Positions 61,756-64,000 of a stretch of DNA of 64,000 bases are shown here, one piece after another (the stretch's first letter is position 1; every line of letters begins with the position of its first letter). Location of the stretch: assembly GCF_009914755.1 (NCBI RefSeq), contig NC_060934.1; one strand, 5' to 3'. The position numbers and the translations under genes are program-made. The notes beneath the pieces were generated by a model. The model was not told the origin of the DNA. It did not search any database and saw only the letters and a list, made by a program, of their open reading frames with translations. Origin of the DNA: the human T2T-CHM13v2.0 reference genome, Homo sapiens.

Positions 61756-62332
61756 CATAGGGAGGCAGGACTCGTGGCACTAATATTTTAGCCCAAGCAT
61801 CCCATGTACTGAGCATGTGCAAAACAGGGGCCAAGAGCTGCTGCATCTGCATGAAGGAACTCTGCAGGCTGGGCTCATGCAAGACTCAGAGACCCTGCCA
61901 ATCAACAGTGCCACTAAGGGTCCTGGATCTTTTCAACCCATTACCCATTTTCTCATTCCTAGTATGGGTTCCAAGTAAACCAAGTAACAAATGTGACTGG
62001 CTTTTATGAACTCAGCAAGATAAGGGCTCACTAAAAGATTTAATAACATTTTTAGAAATTAAAGATATACATCATATCTTGAACACCTGAGTTTGTGGTC
62101 AGAAATTCAGATCTGCTGCAACACCAAATATGTCACAGAGCAAAGGATAATTCACTGTTTTCCTTGATGTCAAATTATACAACCGCCTGATGAATTCTCT
62201 TCAGATCTTCAGCCTGCAGTCATGTGAATAAGCAGACAGCTATCTTGATAACAGCAATTATAGCAAGGTTATTATAGAATTATGGTGTTCATTAGAAAAA
62301 AAATGATATTTTTAATCCATTAAGACTATCTT

Positions 62333-62635
<303 letters not shown>

Positions 62636-62791
62636 CTATCTTATTCATTAGTAATTCTTTAATTATTTTTTATGAGCCTACAATATGCTAGACAACATGA
62701 ACACAAACATGAATGAGAAGCAGTCTAGACTTTAAGAAGTTTGTAATCTAGGGAAAGAAGCAGATACATAAACCACTAGGTGAAATACTAG

Positions 62792-63263
62792 TGTATTTGT
62801 CTGGCTTCTCCAGAAAAACACACATAAAAATAGGATACAGAGATAGAGACAGAGAGAGAAAGAGAAAGAGAGAGAGAGATTTAAGGAGTTGTCTCATGCA
62901 ATTGTGGGGACTGGCAAGCTTGAAACCTGTAAGGCAGACCAGCAGACTAGAAATCCAAGTAAGAGTTGATGGTCCAGTCTTGAGTCTAAAATCTACAGGG
63001 CAAACCACCAGGCAGGAAACTCTGACAGAGTTTTGCATCTCAGTCTTGAGGCAGAACCCTTTCTTCATAAGGAAATCCCAGTCTGCGCTTGAGCCCCCGC
63101 CCCCGCCCCCATTATGGAGGGCCATGTGCCTTAATTAAAGTCAACTGATTATAAAGGTTAATCATGTCTGAAAACTACCTCCACAGCAACCTCTAGACTA
63201 GTGTCTGACCAAACAATCGGGCATCATAGCCTAGCCAAGTTAACACAAAAAGTTTACTTTCAT
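62792..63263 (-). mobile_element. MLT2 (MLT2C/D-like) ERVL solo LTR
   Basis: ttctccagaaaaaca...GA tract...ctcatgcaattgtgggactggcaag...aaagtcaactgatt...cctagccaagttaacaca. Confidence 0.88.
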
Positions 63264-63639
63264 AATATAGAAGCAAGCTGTCATTTTCACACCCCCAGCA
63301 AGAGCGTTCCAAAATAATTCTAAATTTCACAGTTTCTCCAGATTCATGTTGAACAGCCTATCATATGGAAGTTATTGAGAGGACCCTCGGGCAAATATTG
63401 GTGGCATTATGCCACAGCCCAGCAGAGCCACCTCTCTTGCTCTCTTCTATTTCTCTCATTTTCTTTAATTTTACATGTTCCTTTCTCTTTGCTTCTTACC
63501 TTCTTTCTTTGCCAGGCTCTACTCCTATTTACCCTTTCCCTATTTCTTTGTCCATCTTCTCTTAACCTCAATTTTTCTTCTGTCTCCCTGTTTTTAAAAG
63601 TATTTTCTTCCAGTAACTTATTTAGATTCCCCAGGGTTT

Positions 63640-63890
63640 GCCTCTCCATCCACTTTTCTTCCTCCTCTACACATTCTCCATAGATGTCATTCATTTCCAA
63701 GGTTTTAAGTGACATCTAGATGTAAATGCCTTCAAGTCAGATCTCTCTGTTACTGAAATATTTTTCCAAGCTCCAGATCCATACCGTGCTTTCAACCATT
63801 TGTTAGACTTTCCAGCTGAATATTTCTCTAACTACTTTGACCTTAACATATGAGATATTAGTGCTTATAATTTCTATATCCTGGAATCTA
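63640..63890 (+). mobile_element. L2 remnant
   Basis: cattcatttccaaggttttaa...aagctccagatccata...tttccagctgaatatttc. Confidence 0.65.
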
Positions 63891-64000
63891 CCTTTGAAGC
63901 CTGAGGAATAAAGGGTACCATGATCATTTGAGGTGTAAAGCTCAGATATAGCTGTTTTTATTGTCTTACCAAACACATCAGAACTCTAATAGTATCAATC

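Overview
Primate (very probably human) genomic DNA, AT-rich and roughly half interspersed repeat. The only host-gene coding sequence I can support is two + strand exons, 57987-58066 and 58163-58259, separated by a 96-nt intron. Spliced, they encode (R)[58 protein letters not shown](R): the end of an EGF-like module, a stalk and a single transmembrane helix. I recognise this from memory as the C-terminal region of MALRD1 (DIET1). Positions 1-57986 are therefore the 3' part of one very large intron, and 58260-64000 is the start of the next. The introns hold about 20 Alus or Alu pieces, several L1PA/L1PB/L1MA/L1M copies, HAL1, L2, MIR, MER5A, MER94 and solo LTRs (MER50, LTR54-like, LTR33, THE1, MST, MLT1, MLT2). 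Subfamily names are by-eye calls. Nearly all ORFs in the supplied track are repeat-derived or chance. I see no evidence of a new multi-gene system. The three best leads are: (1) an in-frame stop plus AATAAA inside the 96-nt intron just before the transmembrane exon, a candidate secreted/membrane isoform switch; (2) a ~330-bp locally templated insertion flanked by a perfect 17-bp direct repeat, with a stuttered junction; (3) a 24-nt retroposed 5' fragment of tRNA-Glu.
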